A stretch of DNA of 64,000 nucleotides from an uncultured Pseudomonadales bacterium (GCA_964635905.1 CAZWPK010000002.1:77621-141620), one strand, 5' to 3'; shown: positions 41,845-52,660, counted from the first letter of the stretch. A program made the numbers and translations. The notes: a model not told the origin generated them from the letters alone.

Positions 41845-42771
41845 CTACAATCGACTAGGATGGGATCCCAGATGGCCAACCATCGTACCACAGGCCAGCC
41901 AAAAACCCTGCAGGAATCTGCCCTGTGAACGAAGCGATGTAAACACCAGATGGTATGGTAACCAAAGTAAATGAGAAATAAGGTCGAGTCCCTTCGCATT
42001 TTTCCACATGAACAGAATGGAATTCTTGTAGGCCATGATCTCCATCTTCTGCTTTCCAAAGACTGACGCATTTGTCGATTCGTGATTATGATGCACAACG
42101 GACTTCGGTTCAAAGTAAATTTTCCAACCTAATTGCATCGCTCTCCAGGATAGATCGATGTCTTCCCAGTATGCTGGTCGGTAGTCTGGATCAAATCCAG
42201 AAAGCTCCTCCCACATTGATTTTCGAAACGCCGCACTACCTCCCGCTGCCCAAAGAGTTGTGGGACCATCCTGATTTGGCTCTCTGAAGTGAACGAGGAA
42301 ACCGCGTTGAAAGCTCCCTCCGGCCCGCCCATAGGCTGTATTACCTTCAGCCGTTGCGATCTCTTTACATCCCACTGCAAAGACATCTGGGGATTTAAAA
42401 TGCTCTAGAAGTGGAGGTAAAAAGTCTGTTTCTGGGACAACATCATTGTTCAGTAATACCAGAATGGGATAATTAGCAATGAACACCCCTCGATTGCAAG
42501 AAATCGCAAAACGCTGATTAGATTGATTGATCAACACTTTTATGAGCCTATTTTTAAAAACGCTAGTGTATAGCAATGTTCCGTTAACACTACTCTCTTG
42601 GGAAGTGACCAAAAACTGCTTCTGTAACCAGGATAGTGTGTCGTCCGTACTAGCATCATCGACAATGACAATTTCATCTTTTTCGGAAAGTGCATCGATG
42701 AGGGCGGGAAGATTTTTTTCAAGAAGCGTCCTTCCATTAAAACTCGGGATAATGACAGAGACATTGGTCAT
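41845..42771 (-). CDS. GT2 glycosyltransferase
   Basis: VDDASTD, LLNND, GFDPDYRPAYWEDIDLSWRA. Confidence 0.9.
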   Translation of the reverse strand: MTNVSVIIPSFNGRTLLEKNLPALIDALSEKDEIVIVDDASTDDTLSWLQKQFLVTSQESSVNGTLLYTSVFKNRLIKVLINQSNQRFAISCNRGVFIANYPILVLLNNDVVPETDFLPPLLEHFKSPDVFAVGCKEIATAEGNTAYGRAGGSFQRGFLVHFREPNQDGPTTLWAAGGSAAFRKSMWEELSGFDPDYRPAYWEDIDLSWRAMQLGWKIYFEPKSVVHHNHESTNASVFGKQKMEIMAYKNSILFMWKNAKGLDLISHLLWLPYHLVFTSLRSQGRFLQGFWLACGTMVGHLGSHPSRL

Positions 42772-43862
42772 ACATTCAATAGTTGGTGGATAGATTTCTC
42801 AAAGTTCTCTTTGGAATATTGTCGTGATTTTGCAATAAGTTGATCGCGTAGTGTGTCCTTTTCATCGGCGTTTCGTGCAACGATGGTTGACATCGTTTCG
42901 ACCAAATCCTGCTCGGTAGTCCAGTACAAGTCGTTATTTCCCACAACTTCTACTTGGCCGCCTTTAGGAATGACGAGCGGTATTGCCCCGCTAGCCATGG
43001 CTTCTAGTGTCGTGATTCCAAAATGTTCAGTGTTCTCCGGGTGTAGTTTTTCGTCAACGTTATACCCTGCAGCATGCCAATAGAATGCTGCTCGTGCATA
43101 ATATGCACGCAATTCATCATAGGAGACATTTAAATGAAGACTAACAGGATATCCTCTGGCAATTTCTTTAAGCTTTTGAACATACTGATGGCTATCAGGA
43201 TTCGGATCAACATTGCCAATGACAGCAAAATGCCAGCCCTTTACATGCTCCTGATCAATCCACTGCTTAAATGCTGAAATCAGCACATCCTGATGTTTAC
43301 TATTGCTTTGAGAATGCGCAAAGAATCTCCCCGTTGTCACGATTAGTTTTTCTTTTTTCCCTGGAGAAAAATCTTTCTGATCAACATAGGGAGAGATCAC
43401 TTGTAGCTTTCGAAGAAGCCAATGCTCTTTAAGGACAGTGGAGACAAAATCCGAATACACCACGACCTTTTTCCAGGAAATTAATTTTGCACGTTCAGCA
43501 ATCTTCAACTTCCGTGTCCATGGGACCTGCATAATTAGGTAGGAATGTTTACAAAGGGTGGGGAAAATGCTGCCGTCTGTCATGGCAAATAAATAATCTA
43601 GAGATTTGGTTTCCTTGACAGTAGCTAGTGGAGAGGTTGAGGTACCGATCAGACTCGCCTTAACGTGAACTTTCGATAGGTCTAGTCCAAACATTTTTGC
43701 ATACCGTGGAAGAGATCGCTTTGTTGCCTCTACTTGTTCTGCAGGAACCAACAGCGTTGTTACATAGGAGTGACTGCACACTTCGGCAATGCTTAAAAGA
43801 TACCGTTCGCCACCGCCAGCGTGCTTGGGAAGATAGGGAGAATAAAGGCCAACTGTTTTCAT
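42768..43862 (-). CDS. GT4 glycosyltransferase
   Basis: AGGGERY, GRFF..SKHQD, YWHAAG, EHFGITTLEAMASG. Start moved to 43862. Confidence 0.88.
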   Translation of the reverse strand: MKTVGLYSPYLPKHAGGGERYLLSIAEVCSHSYVTTLLVPAEQVEATKRSLPRYAKMFGLDLSKVHVKASLIGTSTSPLATVKETKSLDYLFAMTDGSIFPTLCKHSYLIMQVPWTRKLKIAERAKLISWKKVVVYSDFVSTVLKEHWLLRKLQVISPYVDQKDFSPGKKEKLIVTTGRFFAHSQSNSKHQDVLISAFKQWIDQEHVKGWHFAVIGNVDPNPDSHQYVQKLKEIARGYPVSLHLNVSYDELRAYYARAAFYWHAAGYNVDEKLHPENTEHFGITTLEAMASGAIPLVIPKGGQVEVVGNNDLYWTTEQDLVETMSTIVARNADEKDTLRDQLIAKSRQYSKENFEKSIHQLLNV

Positions 43863-43875
43863 AAAACACAAGGAA

Positions 43876-44706
43876 CTATGATTGCTTTTCCCAAAGTTTA
43901 AAAATCTCTTTTTCAATACGGGTATATTTTTCATCCAATGACGGTTTCTGTTGAAGCTCCCACACTCGTGCGTACACAAAGAATCTGTTTACCGCCTGTT
44001 GAAAACTTTCAATCCAGCCTTCCATTCCATCTTTATAGCCTTTTTTAAGAACTAACCGTCGAAAAAATTCCATCCCAAATTTTCGGACAAGCGTCCACTC
44101 TGTGACTGGCTTGGCTTTTGCATCAATAAAAAGTTTTGCCTCTAAATCAATCCAGGCGTGGGATTTGAGTAAGCCATCGCGGACGCTTCGATGGCTTAAG
44201 TGGACTAATGGTTCTTTGAGTTGTCCAATCACGCCGTCGACGGTAGCGGACTCGTGAACATCTCCAGTCCATCCTTGTAAATGATCCTTTTTGAAAAGTC
44301 TGACAATAACATCAGTTTCCCAGCCACCGTGTTCAAGCCATTTTCCAAAATGGATGTTATTTCGCTTCAGTTGGTATGCCGCAATAGAAGAATACTGAAT
44401 CGATTCTTGAATTTCTGTTGCTAATTTTGGGGTGACGCGTTCATCCGAATCAATGTATAAAACCCAGTCGCCAGAAGCGACGGAGACTCCTTGATTGCGC
44501 CAATCTTTGAATGTCCCTTGCTTAGCTTCAACTACTTTTGCTCCTTCGCGCTTGGCCAACTCCATCGTACTATCGGTAGATCCGGTATCAACCACAATGA
44601 CTTCATCGCAAAAGCGCAGCGCAGCCACACAGTTGGCAATCATGGATTCTTCATTTTTGGTAATTACGATTGCTGAAAGCGTTTGAGTTGTGTTTGATTT
44701 CCCCAT
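43876..44706 (-). CDS. GT2 glycosyltransferase (beta-1,4-glucosyltransferase-like)
   Basis: ITKNEE, VDTGSTD, YIDSDER, VHES, GYKDG. Confidence 0.9.
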   Translation of the reverse strand: MGKSNTTQTLSAIVITKNEESMIANCVAALRFCDEVIVVDTGSTDSTMELAKREGAKVVEAKQGTFKDWRNQGVSVASGDWVLYIDSDERVTPKLATEIQESIQYSSIAAYQLKRNNIHFGKWLEHGGWETDVIVRLFKKDHLQGWTGDVHESATVDGVIGQLKEPLVHLSHRSVRDGLLKSHAWIDLEAKLFIDAKAKPVTEWTLVRKFGMEFFRRLVLKKGYKDGMEGWIESFQQAVNRFFVYARVWELQQKPSLDEKYTRIEKEIFKLWEKQS

Positions 44707-45707
44707 CGACCCTCCAATGCATGGAGTATACCAAGCTTCATTGCTTCTGTCCCCTGACTGTACTGTCGTCGGGCTTCTAACAGGAGTAACAGCTTTGCTT
44801 TTAGCGATGCATACTTTAAACCAAAGCGTAGACGATTTCTTGTTTGGTAGTAGACGTGCAATGAAGAACCGCTTCCACCAGAAGACCCAGCATTGAGGTG
44901 ATAGAGCGTTGAGCGTGGTTCAAAAACAATGCGTTTTTTAAATTTCTTCAAGCGTAATGAGAGATCAGCATCTTCATAGTACATGAAATAGTTGGCATCA
45001 AAGCCATGTAGCTTTTTCCATAATTTGGGTGTGATGAGGAAACAACAGCCTGTAGCAAACTGGGTATCGTACTCTGTTGCCTTGGTTGATGTGGTGCCGA
45101 CAAGTTGGGGTTGTAGAGAGTCTTCAAACAGTAACCTCTCAAGGTTATGACGTACGCCGTTGGCACTGGACAACGATTGAAGCGAGTTCGTATTTAGATC
45201 AAATTGTCCGCGATCTACCTCATCAACTCCCTTATGAAAGAGAATGACATTCCGCCAATCTATTCCTCCACCGGCAAACCATAACACTTTCCCTTGTTTA
45301 CTGTGGTCATACTCTTTTTTATGAAACTCATACCCTTTCTCAAAATAGATCTTCGGTACGACGATCCCAACATCAGGAGCGCTTTCATGGGTAACAATGA
45401 GCTGTCGGATCATCCCTTTGGTCACCCGAGTATCATTATTTAATAGGAGCAGATAGTCAGGAGTTTGGGATTTAAGCAGGGTTTGTACGGCACGGTTATT
45501 CCCTAAGGCAAAGCCGTCATTTGTTGGGGAGAGTACTAACTGACAGTTAGGAAAATCAGATGGTGATGGACTTTCGACTGACGCATTGTCCCAGATGAGT
45601 ACGTGGTAGGTATCTTGATCATCTTTCGTCGAAAAGAGCGACTTTAGACACTTTTTCGTTAGCCGTGTGGAATTAAAATTGAGTAGAATGATTCCGATCG
45701 TTGCCAT
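44664..45707 (-). CDS. GT2 glycosyltransferase (rhamnosyltransferase-like)
   Basis: WDNAS, GFALGNN, LLNNDT, ATGCC, YFMYYEDADLSLR. Confidence 0.9.
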   Translation of the reverse strand: MATIGIILLNFNSTRLTKKCLKSLFSTKDDQDTYHVLIWDNASVESPSPSDFPNCQLVLSPTNDGFALGNNRAVQTLLKSQTPDYLLLLNNDTRVTKGMIRQLIVTHESAPDVGIVVPKIYFEKGYEFHKKEYDHSKQGKVLWFAGGGIDWRNVILFHKGVDEVDRGQFDLNTNSLQSLSSANGVRHNLERLLFEDSLQPQLVGTTSTKATEYDTQFATGCCFLITPKLWKKLHGFDANYFMYYEDADLSLRLKKFKKRIVFEPRSTLYHLNAGSSGGSGSSLHVYYQTRNRLRFGLKYASLKAKLLLLLEARRQYSQGTEAMKLGILHALEGRWGNQTQLKRFQQS

Positions 45708-45708
45708 A

Positions 45709-46632
45709 TTAGCTTGCTAACTTTCTACGAAGCTTGAGTTTCAATTTGTTGATGACATTGCGTTCTTGATTTATTTCCTCGTTGGCGACCCAATAGGTCG
45801 TATGCGTACACGCCTGATTTACGGATTGTTCGACATCGGAAAGTAACAAAGGTGTATCTTTTTCTTTCGCACCTTCCCAGATTTTCATTGACACAACCAT
45901 GGAATAGACCGCCATCAGCAGTGAAAGGACTAGGCCGTACCGTCCATCCTTATAACCGTGCTGTGCGAAAAAACGCGTAAAAAATTGATCAAAGAAACTT
46001 TGAATGAAATCAAATCGTTGTACGGGTTCAATTTCTTTTGTTTTGACCAATGCGTGGTATTTTTGAGCCTCTAAGGATGTGTAGACATTCAGTCGTAATA
46101 GGAATTCTTCAATCGATTCATAATGGTGATGAATGAGTGCAAATTCTTCATTGGCTTCCAAATTATGAATGGCTCCTTCCACCGTCGGCTGGGCATGGAT
46201 GAATGGAGGATAGCTCCCTTTCCCAGTCTTAAACAACCGTAAAATGTAGTCCGGCCAAAATCCCGTATGTTCGATCCATCGACCAAAAATGAGGTTTTTA
46301 CGCGGCAAGTTATATCCATCAAACGCATCAAGTGACATTACTTCTTCAATTTTGGTTGCTAAGGTCTTCGGTACTTCTTCATCACTGTCGATAATCAATG
46401 TCCAATCAGTTTTTACTTTTTTTAAGTATTCATCACGCACGGGATCGGCAAAGCGATGACTTCCTTTGACAGTAAATATTTTGGTTTTGTGCTTCGTTGC
46501 TATTTGGACGGTAGCATCCGTACTCTCCATATCAACAACAAACACTTCTGTACACCAGGCCACTGATTTTAGACACGCTTCCAGTGTGCGCTCGGAATTT
46601 TTTGTATGGATAACTGCAGTAATGGTCGCCAT
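45709..46632 (-). CDS. GT2 glycosyltransferase (beta-1,4-glucosyltransferase-like)
   Basis: VDMESTD, IIDSDEE, PRKNLIFG, WPDYILRLF, GYKDG. Confidence 0.9.
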   Translation of the reverse strand: MATITAVIHTKNSERTLEACLKSVAWCTEVFVVDMESTDATVQIATKHKTKIFTVKGSHRFADPVRDEYLKKVKTDWTLIIDSDEEVPKTLATKIEEVMSLDAFDGYNLPRKNLIFGRWIEHTGFWPDYILRLFKTGKGSYPPFIHAQPTVEGAIHNLEANEEFALIHHHYESIEEFLLRLNVYTSLEAQKYHALVKTKEIEPVQRFDFIQSFFDQFFTRFFAQHGYKDGRYGLVLSLLMAVYSMVVSMKIWEGAKEKDTPLLLSDVEQSVNQACTHTTYWVANEEINQERNVINKLKLKLRRKLAS

Positions 46633-46638
46633 AGATTT

Positions 46639-48141
46639 CTATCTTCGTACTAATGAAAGTAACTCTTTTTGTATCTTCTCAAATCCAAGTAACCCGAGCA
46701 AGCCAACGAAAATACAACCACCGGTAACCACACCTGCCACAAACAGGGGTACAGACTGACTCCACAAGGGGATAAAGCGATACAAAATCACTGCCATACA
46801 CACGGAAGCAACCAGTTGTCTCCAAATTTGTTCAAAAAATTCAAATGGTACTTCCTTCTGTAACGCTTTGACCACAAAAATAACGGTCAATGATATTGCC
46901 ACACTAGCCAAAGCTACTCCATTAAAACCGAAGCGCCAGATAGCAAGTGGGGTGAGCGTCCACTGTAATAGCGTCCAAATCAACATAAACCGTAATGACG
47001 TGTTTATTTTCCCTATCGCATTGAGCGTATTGATCAATGGAGTAGAGATCGACGAAAAAGCGATACTGATACACATTAAACCTAATGTTAATAAGGCTGG
47101 TTGCCATTGCGCATATTTTGGAACTAACGCGGTTAAGGGGATAAACATCACTGAAAACCCTGCTAAAAGTGGGAAAACGGCTAAACTGACAAAAAAGAGT
47201 GTCTTCTCAATCGCACGCTTGAGCAGATGTGAATCGTGCTGCAATCGCGCAAAGGTAGGAAAGGTGATTGCCATAATGCTGTCTACTCCGAAACGATACG
47301 GAAGCCTGGACGCCTGATTTGCCCAGGTAATGTAGCCCAATTCCGGTTTAGAAAGTAAAAAGACGGTGATAACCGAAAATAATTCGTCCTTGATCTTCGC
47401 AATCACGTCATTGGCTTGGAATTTAATTCCGACTTTCATTAAGTCTGAAAACGCAGATTTTGAGAAGGCGAACCCTACCGGCCAGCGTTTAATGGAAAGC
47501 ATGATGACCACACCAATGATGGCTCTAGCCAACACCGCAATCGAGTAACTGGTAATGCCCATTCCTCTCCAAGCGAAAAATAAGACAATTCCATTAAAGA
47601 CCATGGCTTCAACCACAGCTGGCATGGCCAGTTTTCCAAATTCCAATTGTCGTTCTAGTAAGATCGATGAATTCGTTTTCAGGGAAACAATGGGAAACGA
47701 CAGTGCAAACGCCGCGGCAAGAAAGACTGCTGGCATCTCTAGCTTTCCATTGAGATGTAATGTCCATGCAGTTGTAATGATCAGGACACAGACAATCCAG
47801 GCAAGAATTTGCTGAACGGTAAAGACTGTGCGTAAATCGCGAACTGTTGGGGCTTCTTTTTTTTGAATCAGTGAGGCTGCTAAGCCAATGTCCGAAATAA
47901 TGGTAAAGAAGCTACTGATGGAAACGACAATTCCATAGATTCCAAAATCAGTAGTAGATAATAATGCGGACAATAAAAAATAGGAAAGTACCCCTATTCC
48001 TTGGAGAAAGAGTGAGCGAATCACATAGGAAATCGCCCCACGCATGGACCTCTTTTTAATATCTTCAACTTGTAGAACATCTTCTGCAATGGACAATGCG
48101 GGATTTAAATCTTCTGATGGCTGATCTTTCGCTAATACCAT
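46639..48141 (-). CDS. wzx: Wzx/WzxC-type oligosaccharide flippase
   Basis: DFGIYGI, SDIGLAASLIQKK, LLERQLEF, TFPTFARLQ; about 13 TM. Start moved to 48141. Confidence 0.88.
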   Translation of the reverse strand: MVLAKDQPSEDLNPALSIAEDVLQVEDIKKRSMRGAISYVIRSLFLQGIGVLSYFLLSALLSTTDFGIYGIVVSISSFFTIISDIGLAASLIQKKEAPTVRDLRTVFTVQQILAWIVCVLIITTAWTLHLNGKLEMPAVFLAAAFALSFPIVSLKTNSSILLERQLEFGKLAMPAVVEAMVFNGIVLFFAWRGMGITSYSIAVLARAIIGVVIMLSIKRWPVGFAFSKSAFSDLMKVGIKFQANDVIAKIKDELFSVITVFLLSKPELGYITWANQASRLPYRFGVDSIMAITFPTFARLQHDSHLLKRAIEKTLFFVSLAVFPLLAGFSVMFIPLTALVPKYAQWQPALLTLGLMCISIAFSSISTPLINTLNAIGKINTSLRFMLIWTLLQWTLTPLAIWRFGFNGVALASVAISLTVIFVVKALQKEVPFEFFEQIWRQLVASVCMAVILYRFIPLWSQSVPLFVAGVVTGGCIFVGLLGLLGFEKIQKELLSLVRR

Positions 48142-48145
48142 AGGT

Positions 48146-49834
48146 CTATTTTTTATGTCGTCGTAGTTGTAACAGCGCAATCAAGAAAGCAGTCGAGGAA
48201 ACTAGAGAAATAAGTTCCGACAGCCCTCGAAGTGATGTCCGTTCCAGTCGAATTAAGAGCTCATGCTCCCCTTTTGGAATCTCTAACTGGTAGGTACCCG
48301 TTGTCGCATGGCTTCGTAACGGTAATGATACTCCATTTAGATACGCTCTCCATCCAGGAAAAGTAAAAATCTTTACATCCAGACCACATGGAGTACTACA
48401 GTGTACCTGTGTAAGTATGGATGAGGGTTTTTCTTGAATTACATTCAAACTTCCCTCGCCGGTTACGATCGCTAGACGATCCTCTGATGGAGGTGGATAG
48501 TTTGTCCCCACAACTTCTGGGGGAAGATAGTCATTGAGCGTACCGCTTAATGCACTACGAATGAATTCCGAGTCCGTTCGATAGTACGAAGACAGATCAT
48601 CCAGATAACGCTCGGGAACAAACAGTTTCGCCTGAAACAGGGCGCACAGAATCAGCACACTTACCAGTAGGAAACGTGCCGATTTCTCGCGAAAAAGAAA
48701 AATCGCCCCACCAGCCAGTAACGCCAGGAAAACATGCGAAAATGCTAACAATCTCCAGGGAAACTGGAGAAAACGCAGCGTCGGCACGTGTTCCCATACC
48801 CAAACACTCTTTGAGGTGGTTAACCAAGTAAACGCAGCAAAGAAAAGTACGATTACGACTACGAACAGTTTTGAATACTTGTTTCCTTTACGTGCGATAA
48901 CCATCACCGACAAGGCAGCAATACCCAAGGCTAACATCCCAAGTGAGAAACTAATCCCGTCCTCGATGCCTGGTATCGATCCACCATATCCCCACGTACC
49001 AGTAAAGAGCTGACGAATAGCCACGAAGTGATTGTGAAAATCGAAATCACCCGTCGTGATTGTTTGTTCGACACGGGTGTACCCTTTTTCAAAATAGGCA
49101 GGGATCACATAAAAGGCACAGAGTCCGATTCCCAGCAACACGGAGACGGCTACCCGTTGAAAAAAGATTCTCTTTTCTTGGATCGTTTTTTGAGAAATAA
49201 CTACAAGTGCCGCAGCAAAAAGAACAAGCAATGGTAGCAGGATCATTCCAAGCAAATTATGTGAAGTTAGGGTGATGGCAATGCAAAAAGCCAACCATAT
49301 AATCCCACCTTTTTTTTGCTTTTCAAGATAGACAACTCCAGCCAGAGCAAATGGTATTGTAACCATCGCAAACACTTCTCCAATGGCACCGCGGACATAG
49401 AGGTCAACCGCTCGATAGGTTGCAAAAGAGAAAAGAATGGCACTAAGAATTCCGCCCTGTTTTCCCCAAAATTCTTTGGATAAAAGATACATTCCGACAA
49501 AAGCGAGGATGGCATTGATGATATACAAAAGTTTAATCGAAATAATCGCTCCAAATAACCAGTTTGGAAGTTGCGCAAGATAGTATGGAAATGGCGCATA
49601 GAAATTGAACAACGGCATTCCGTATCCAAATCCAAAGTTTTCTGACCATCGAACGGGTATCTCTCCAGAGGCAAGACTCCGTTGCATCTCCACAATTCGC
49701 GCAGCATGGGTATAGTCGTGTGGTCGAAAGAAATCTGTACGAAGAACCGCAAAACTTGTCAGCACGACACAAAGAATTCCGATTCCAACGACGAACCACT
49801 TATCGAGCCACTGCGGTAATGTTGTCTTATGCAT
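48146..49834 (-). CDS. GT-C-like membrane protein (6-pyruvoyl-tetrahydropterin synthase-related membrane family)
   Basis: HDYTHAARI, PVRWSENFGFGYGMPLFNFYAP, DLYVRGAIGE, TSHN, LQFPWRLL, FPGW. Confidence 0.78.
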   Translation of the reverse strand: MHKTTLPQWLDKWFVVGIGILCVVLTSFAVLRTDFFRPHDYTHAARIVEMQRSLASGEIPVRWSENFGFGYGMPLFNFYAPFPYYLAQLPNWLFGAIISIKLLYIINAILAFVGMYLLSKEFWGKQGGILSAILFSFATYRAVDLYVRGAIGEVFAMVTIPFALAGVVYLEKQKKGGIIWLAFCIAITLTSHNLLGMILLPLLVLFAAALVVISQKTIQEKRIFFQRVAVSVLLGIGLCAFYVIPAYFEKGYTRVEQTITTGDFDFHNHFVAIRQLFTGTWGYGGSIPGIEDGISFSLGMLALGIAALSVMVIARKGNKYSKLFVVVIVLFFAAFTWLTTSKSVWVWEHVPTLRFLQFPWRLLAFSHVFLALLAGGAIFLFREKSARFLLVSVLILCALFQAKLFVPERYLDDLSSYYRTDSEFIRSALSGTLNDYLPPEVVGTNYPPPSEDRLAIVTGEGSLNVIQEKPSSILTQVHCSTPCGLDVKIFTFPGWRAYLNGVSLPLRSHATTGTYQLEIPKGEHELLIRLERTSLRGLSELISLVSSTAFLIALLQLRRHKK

Positions 49835-49838
49835 ACAA

Positions 49839-51419
49839 TTAATGAACCTGATAGAACAGTAGACTTGGTCCTGGAGATGGGCGTTTGAATTCAAAGATTA
49901 ATTGAAGGTTATCTTGATTCACCAGTCCAAGACGATGACTATTTACGGCATAGTAGATTTCATCTTGATTCGCCCTAGAGAGAAATTCCTGAGGTAAGGC
50001 AGAAACGGAAACTCCAATCCCCTCAATTTCAATTCCTGGGAGTGCGTTGTCACCTTGAAAGTACATCGTTAAACCATCTGGAAGCGTTCCAAAAGATCCT
50101 TCAGTCAACACGACTATCTTTTTTGAAGAATTTGTAGGGAGTAACGCGTGTCGTTCTTTAATAAATGTAGCAATTTCCAAGTTTCCATAGCCTGCTGACC
50201 ATTCGGTTAAATACTGCGTTCTATCAGCAGCAACAAACGGAATCTGTGCCGGATCCAACAAGGCAGGAAAAATAAATACAGCGCTGCTAAGAAGCGTTAG
50301 AGCAATCATCGCAATTCCAAATAGACGCATACGGGTATGCGCAAGAATGGTTTCAAACGAGAGCACGGACGCAAGAGTATAAAACAGTGCAACTGGAAGG
50401 AAATAGCGTGGCCATAAGACGCGACCGAATCCAATCAGCGGAATCGCAAATAACATTGCTTGAATAATGAGTATTCCGATGGTTTTACGTTTACGTGAAT
50501 AGAATAGCCCGAGCAAAGGAATCAACAGTACAGGAAGGGTTAGATACGATGCCAACCATCCAACCACCCTGGGAAGACTTTCAAGGATGACGTAACGAAA
50601 TTCTCTCATCAGTAGCTCAGAGAAAGTGAAGGTGAAATCTTGACTACGAGAAAATAACGCACCAAAAAATGAGGATACCCGTAGGAACAGAAACAAACAG
50701 CCGCCCAAAAATCCCCCAAATCCTACATACAGCATACTCACCAAAATCTTTTTTACACTGTGCCGACGTTGTTCGTTATCCTCCTCAACTGCCCAAGCCA
50801 AAAGTGGAGATAAGGCCAAACTTGGAATAGCAAACAATGCCGGTGTTTTTGTGTAGAGCGCAGCTCCATAAAAAAGAGCAAGCAAGAGAATATGTGGAAT
50901 CACTTTATAGGGAGTTTTTTTTGCTCGAAGTGTAATCACCGAGATTTGAATGGTTGTTAGAAATGACAGCGCAAGACAGAGCACGAGTAGACCATCCATC
51001 AATGCCACCCGATGATAGAAGAACCAAAAAGGAAGAACGGATATGAATACGACCGTTAATATTGCAGTAGTTGATCGCTTGCTTAGTAGGCGTGTTAACT
51101 TCGCCATTACAGTCACAGTTGCCAATCCAATCAGTAACGCCAGGAATCTTCCTGCAAAGAGCGGATCAGGAATCATGCGAAGCATCATTGACAGTAGCCA
51201 CATGAAGAGTGGCGGTTTCCCATCTGCCATCGAGAAAAAGGCAAAACGCTGTGCATCATCAAGTATCAATTGCGCCCAATGAATATAAATTGCCTCATCG
51301 GCAAAAACTGGAAGAAGTAACAATGCCGGAAGGTGCAGCCCCAAAAATCCAGCAAGTGTCCATGCCCAAAATGGAAACAGTCGGTACACCAAGCGAGTCA
51401 AGTGGATTAATCGTTGCAT
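49839..51419 (-). CDS. GT-C glycosyltransferase (PMT_2/ArnT-like)
   Basis: PVFADEAIYIHWAQ, DGKPPLFMW, RVALMD, YTK, PRY. Start moved to 51419. Confidence 0.82.
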   Translation of the reverse strand: MQRLIHLTRLVYRLFPFWAWTLAGFLGLHLPALLLLPVFADEAIYIHWAQLILDDAQRFAFFSMADGKPPLFMWLLSMMLRMIPDPLFAGRFLALLIGLATVTVMAKLTRLLSKRSTTAILTVVFISVLPFWFFYHRVALMDGLLVLCLALSFLTTIQISVITLRAKKTPYKVIPHILLLALFYGAALYTKTPALFAIPSLALSPLLAWAVEEDNEQRRHSVKKILVSMLYVGFGGFLGGCLFLFLRVSSFFGALFSRSQDFTFTFSELLMREFRYVILESLPRVVGWLASYLTLPVLLIPLLGLFYSRKRKTIGILIIQAMLFAIPLIGFGRVLWPRYFLPVALFYTLASVLSFETILAHTRMRLFGIAMIALTLLSSAVFIFPALLDPAQIPFVAADRTQYLTEWSAGYGNLEIATFIKERHALLPTNSSKKIVVLTEGSFGTLPDGLTMYFQGDNALPGIEIEGIGVSVSALPQEFLSRANQDEIYYAVNSHRLGLVNQDNLQLIFEFKRPSPGPSLLFYQVH

Positions 51420-52660
51420 AATGATGACGCAGTCGTTGTCATTGATTGATTGTAACGTAGTCGTTCTCGGATTTGAATGAAGAGCAGTACCAGCATCCAG
51501 ATGGGAACTGCACTCCAAGTAATGATCTGGCTTTGAGTCAATAACGATGACGAATACTCCCCTACCCATAGGAAAGGAATGTATCGAAGTAGACTGGTCA
51601 ACGAGAGCAAGAGTAACAATACTCGAAATTGGGTACATTTGATAAACGGCAGGAAGCTTAATGCCCAGATTAAATACCAGGGATGAAATTGTTGCGAGCG
51701 GCTAGTCAGTAGCGGAAGAAGTAATAAAAAGGCGGAAGTATCTGCCCAATAGTATTCCAACCTCTGGAAAATGCTAGAGAAACGCGACAATCGATTGTCA
51801 ATCAGACTCTTTCCAGAAAAAAACCCAACCCAAACAGGAATGAGAGTGATCGTGGCGAGCTTAATTTGTGTGGAGAGGCCTAAGAAGAGTAACGATACGA
51901 TGGTGGGAAGAGTGCGATTTCTCTTCATTGTAAAAAGGATTGCAAAACTTACGAAAACGAAAGCCATCATCCACACATCATTATGTCCGCTTGAAAATGT
52001 TTCAATTAAAAAAAGAGGGTTAAGATAGAACCATCGCCACTCCATGCTTTTATGGGCACCGTTCTTTACTTGGCTTAACTTCATTTGAGCAACAGCTAAA
52101 ACGACAACCCCAATTGCCATGAATACTTTAAATGATAGATAGGTTGGTAGAAAACGACTAAAGCCCAGGATGAACGGCGCCGTTGTTAAATACGTCCAAA
52201 ATTTTCCGTAGGGCGCGGTGGTGTGGACATTATGCATAAATCGCAGCCACTCATCAGTCGAGGCTATTTCCAGCGCACTTTTTAGATGGGGATCTTGCTG
52301 GTATTGCAATAGCGCTTTCGCATTAAACATGTAGTTAAACAAATCATGGGAAAGAGCGACGTTGCTTGCTATTACAACGAGCGGCACAATCAACAATGGC
52401 AAAGAAAACTTGATCTGCTTTTTTACTGCAAACAGATACAACCCAAACCCTACTAGGATCAGCAGAACATAGGTAGCCACGACTACACTGCGATTCCCAG
52501 CCAGTTGCCAGGCAGACTGTTGCAACGTTACGAACAATGGCTGCGTTGAAAAATAGAGATTAGGATCCGTCTTCAAAAAAGTCCAAACAAAAAAAACAAT
52601 GCTCCACAACACAATTGCTGGGTAAAACCACAGTGGGATAAAAGCCTCTAATCGTCGCAT
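51407..52660 (-). CDS. GT-C glycosyltransferase, MptA/MptB-like
   Basis: LSHDLFNY, QQDP, APYGKFW, LNPLFLIE...GHND, FHPWY. Confidence 0.72.
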   Translation of the reverse strand: MRRLEAFIPLWFYPAIVLWSIVFFVWTFLKTDPNLYFSTQPLFVTLQQSAWQLAGNRSVVVATYVLLILVGFGLYLFAVKKQIKFSLPLLIVPLVVIASNVALSHDLFNYMFNAKALLQYQQDPHLKSALEIASTDEWLRFMHNVHTTAPYGKFWTYLTTAPFILGFSRFLPTYLSFKVFMAIGVVVLAVAQMKLSQVKNGAHKSMEWRWFYLNPLFLIETFSSGHNDVWMMAFVFVSFAILFTMKRNRTLPTIVSLLFLGLSTQIKLATITLIPVWVGFFSGKSLIDNRLSRFSSIFQRLEYYWADTSAFLLLLPLLTSRSQQFHPWYLIWALSFLPFIKCTQFRVLLLLLSLTSLLRYIPFLWVGEYSSSLLTQSQIITWSAVPIWMLVLLFIQIRERLRYNQSMTTTASSLCND

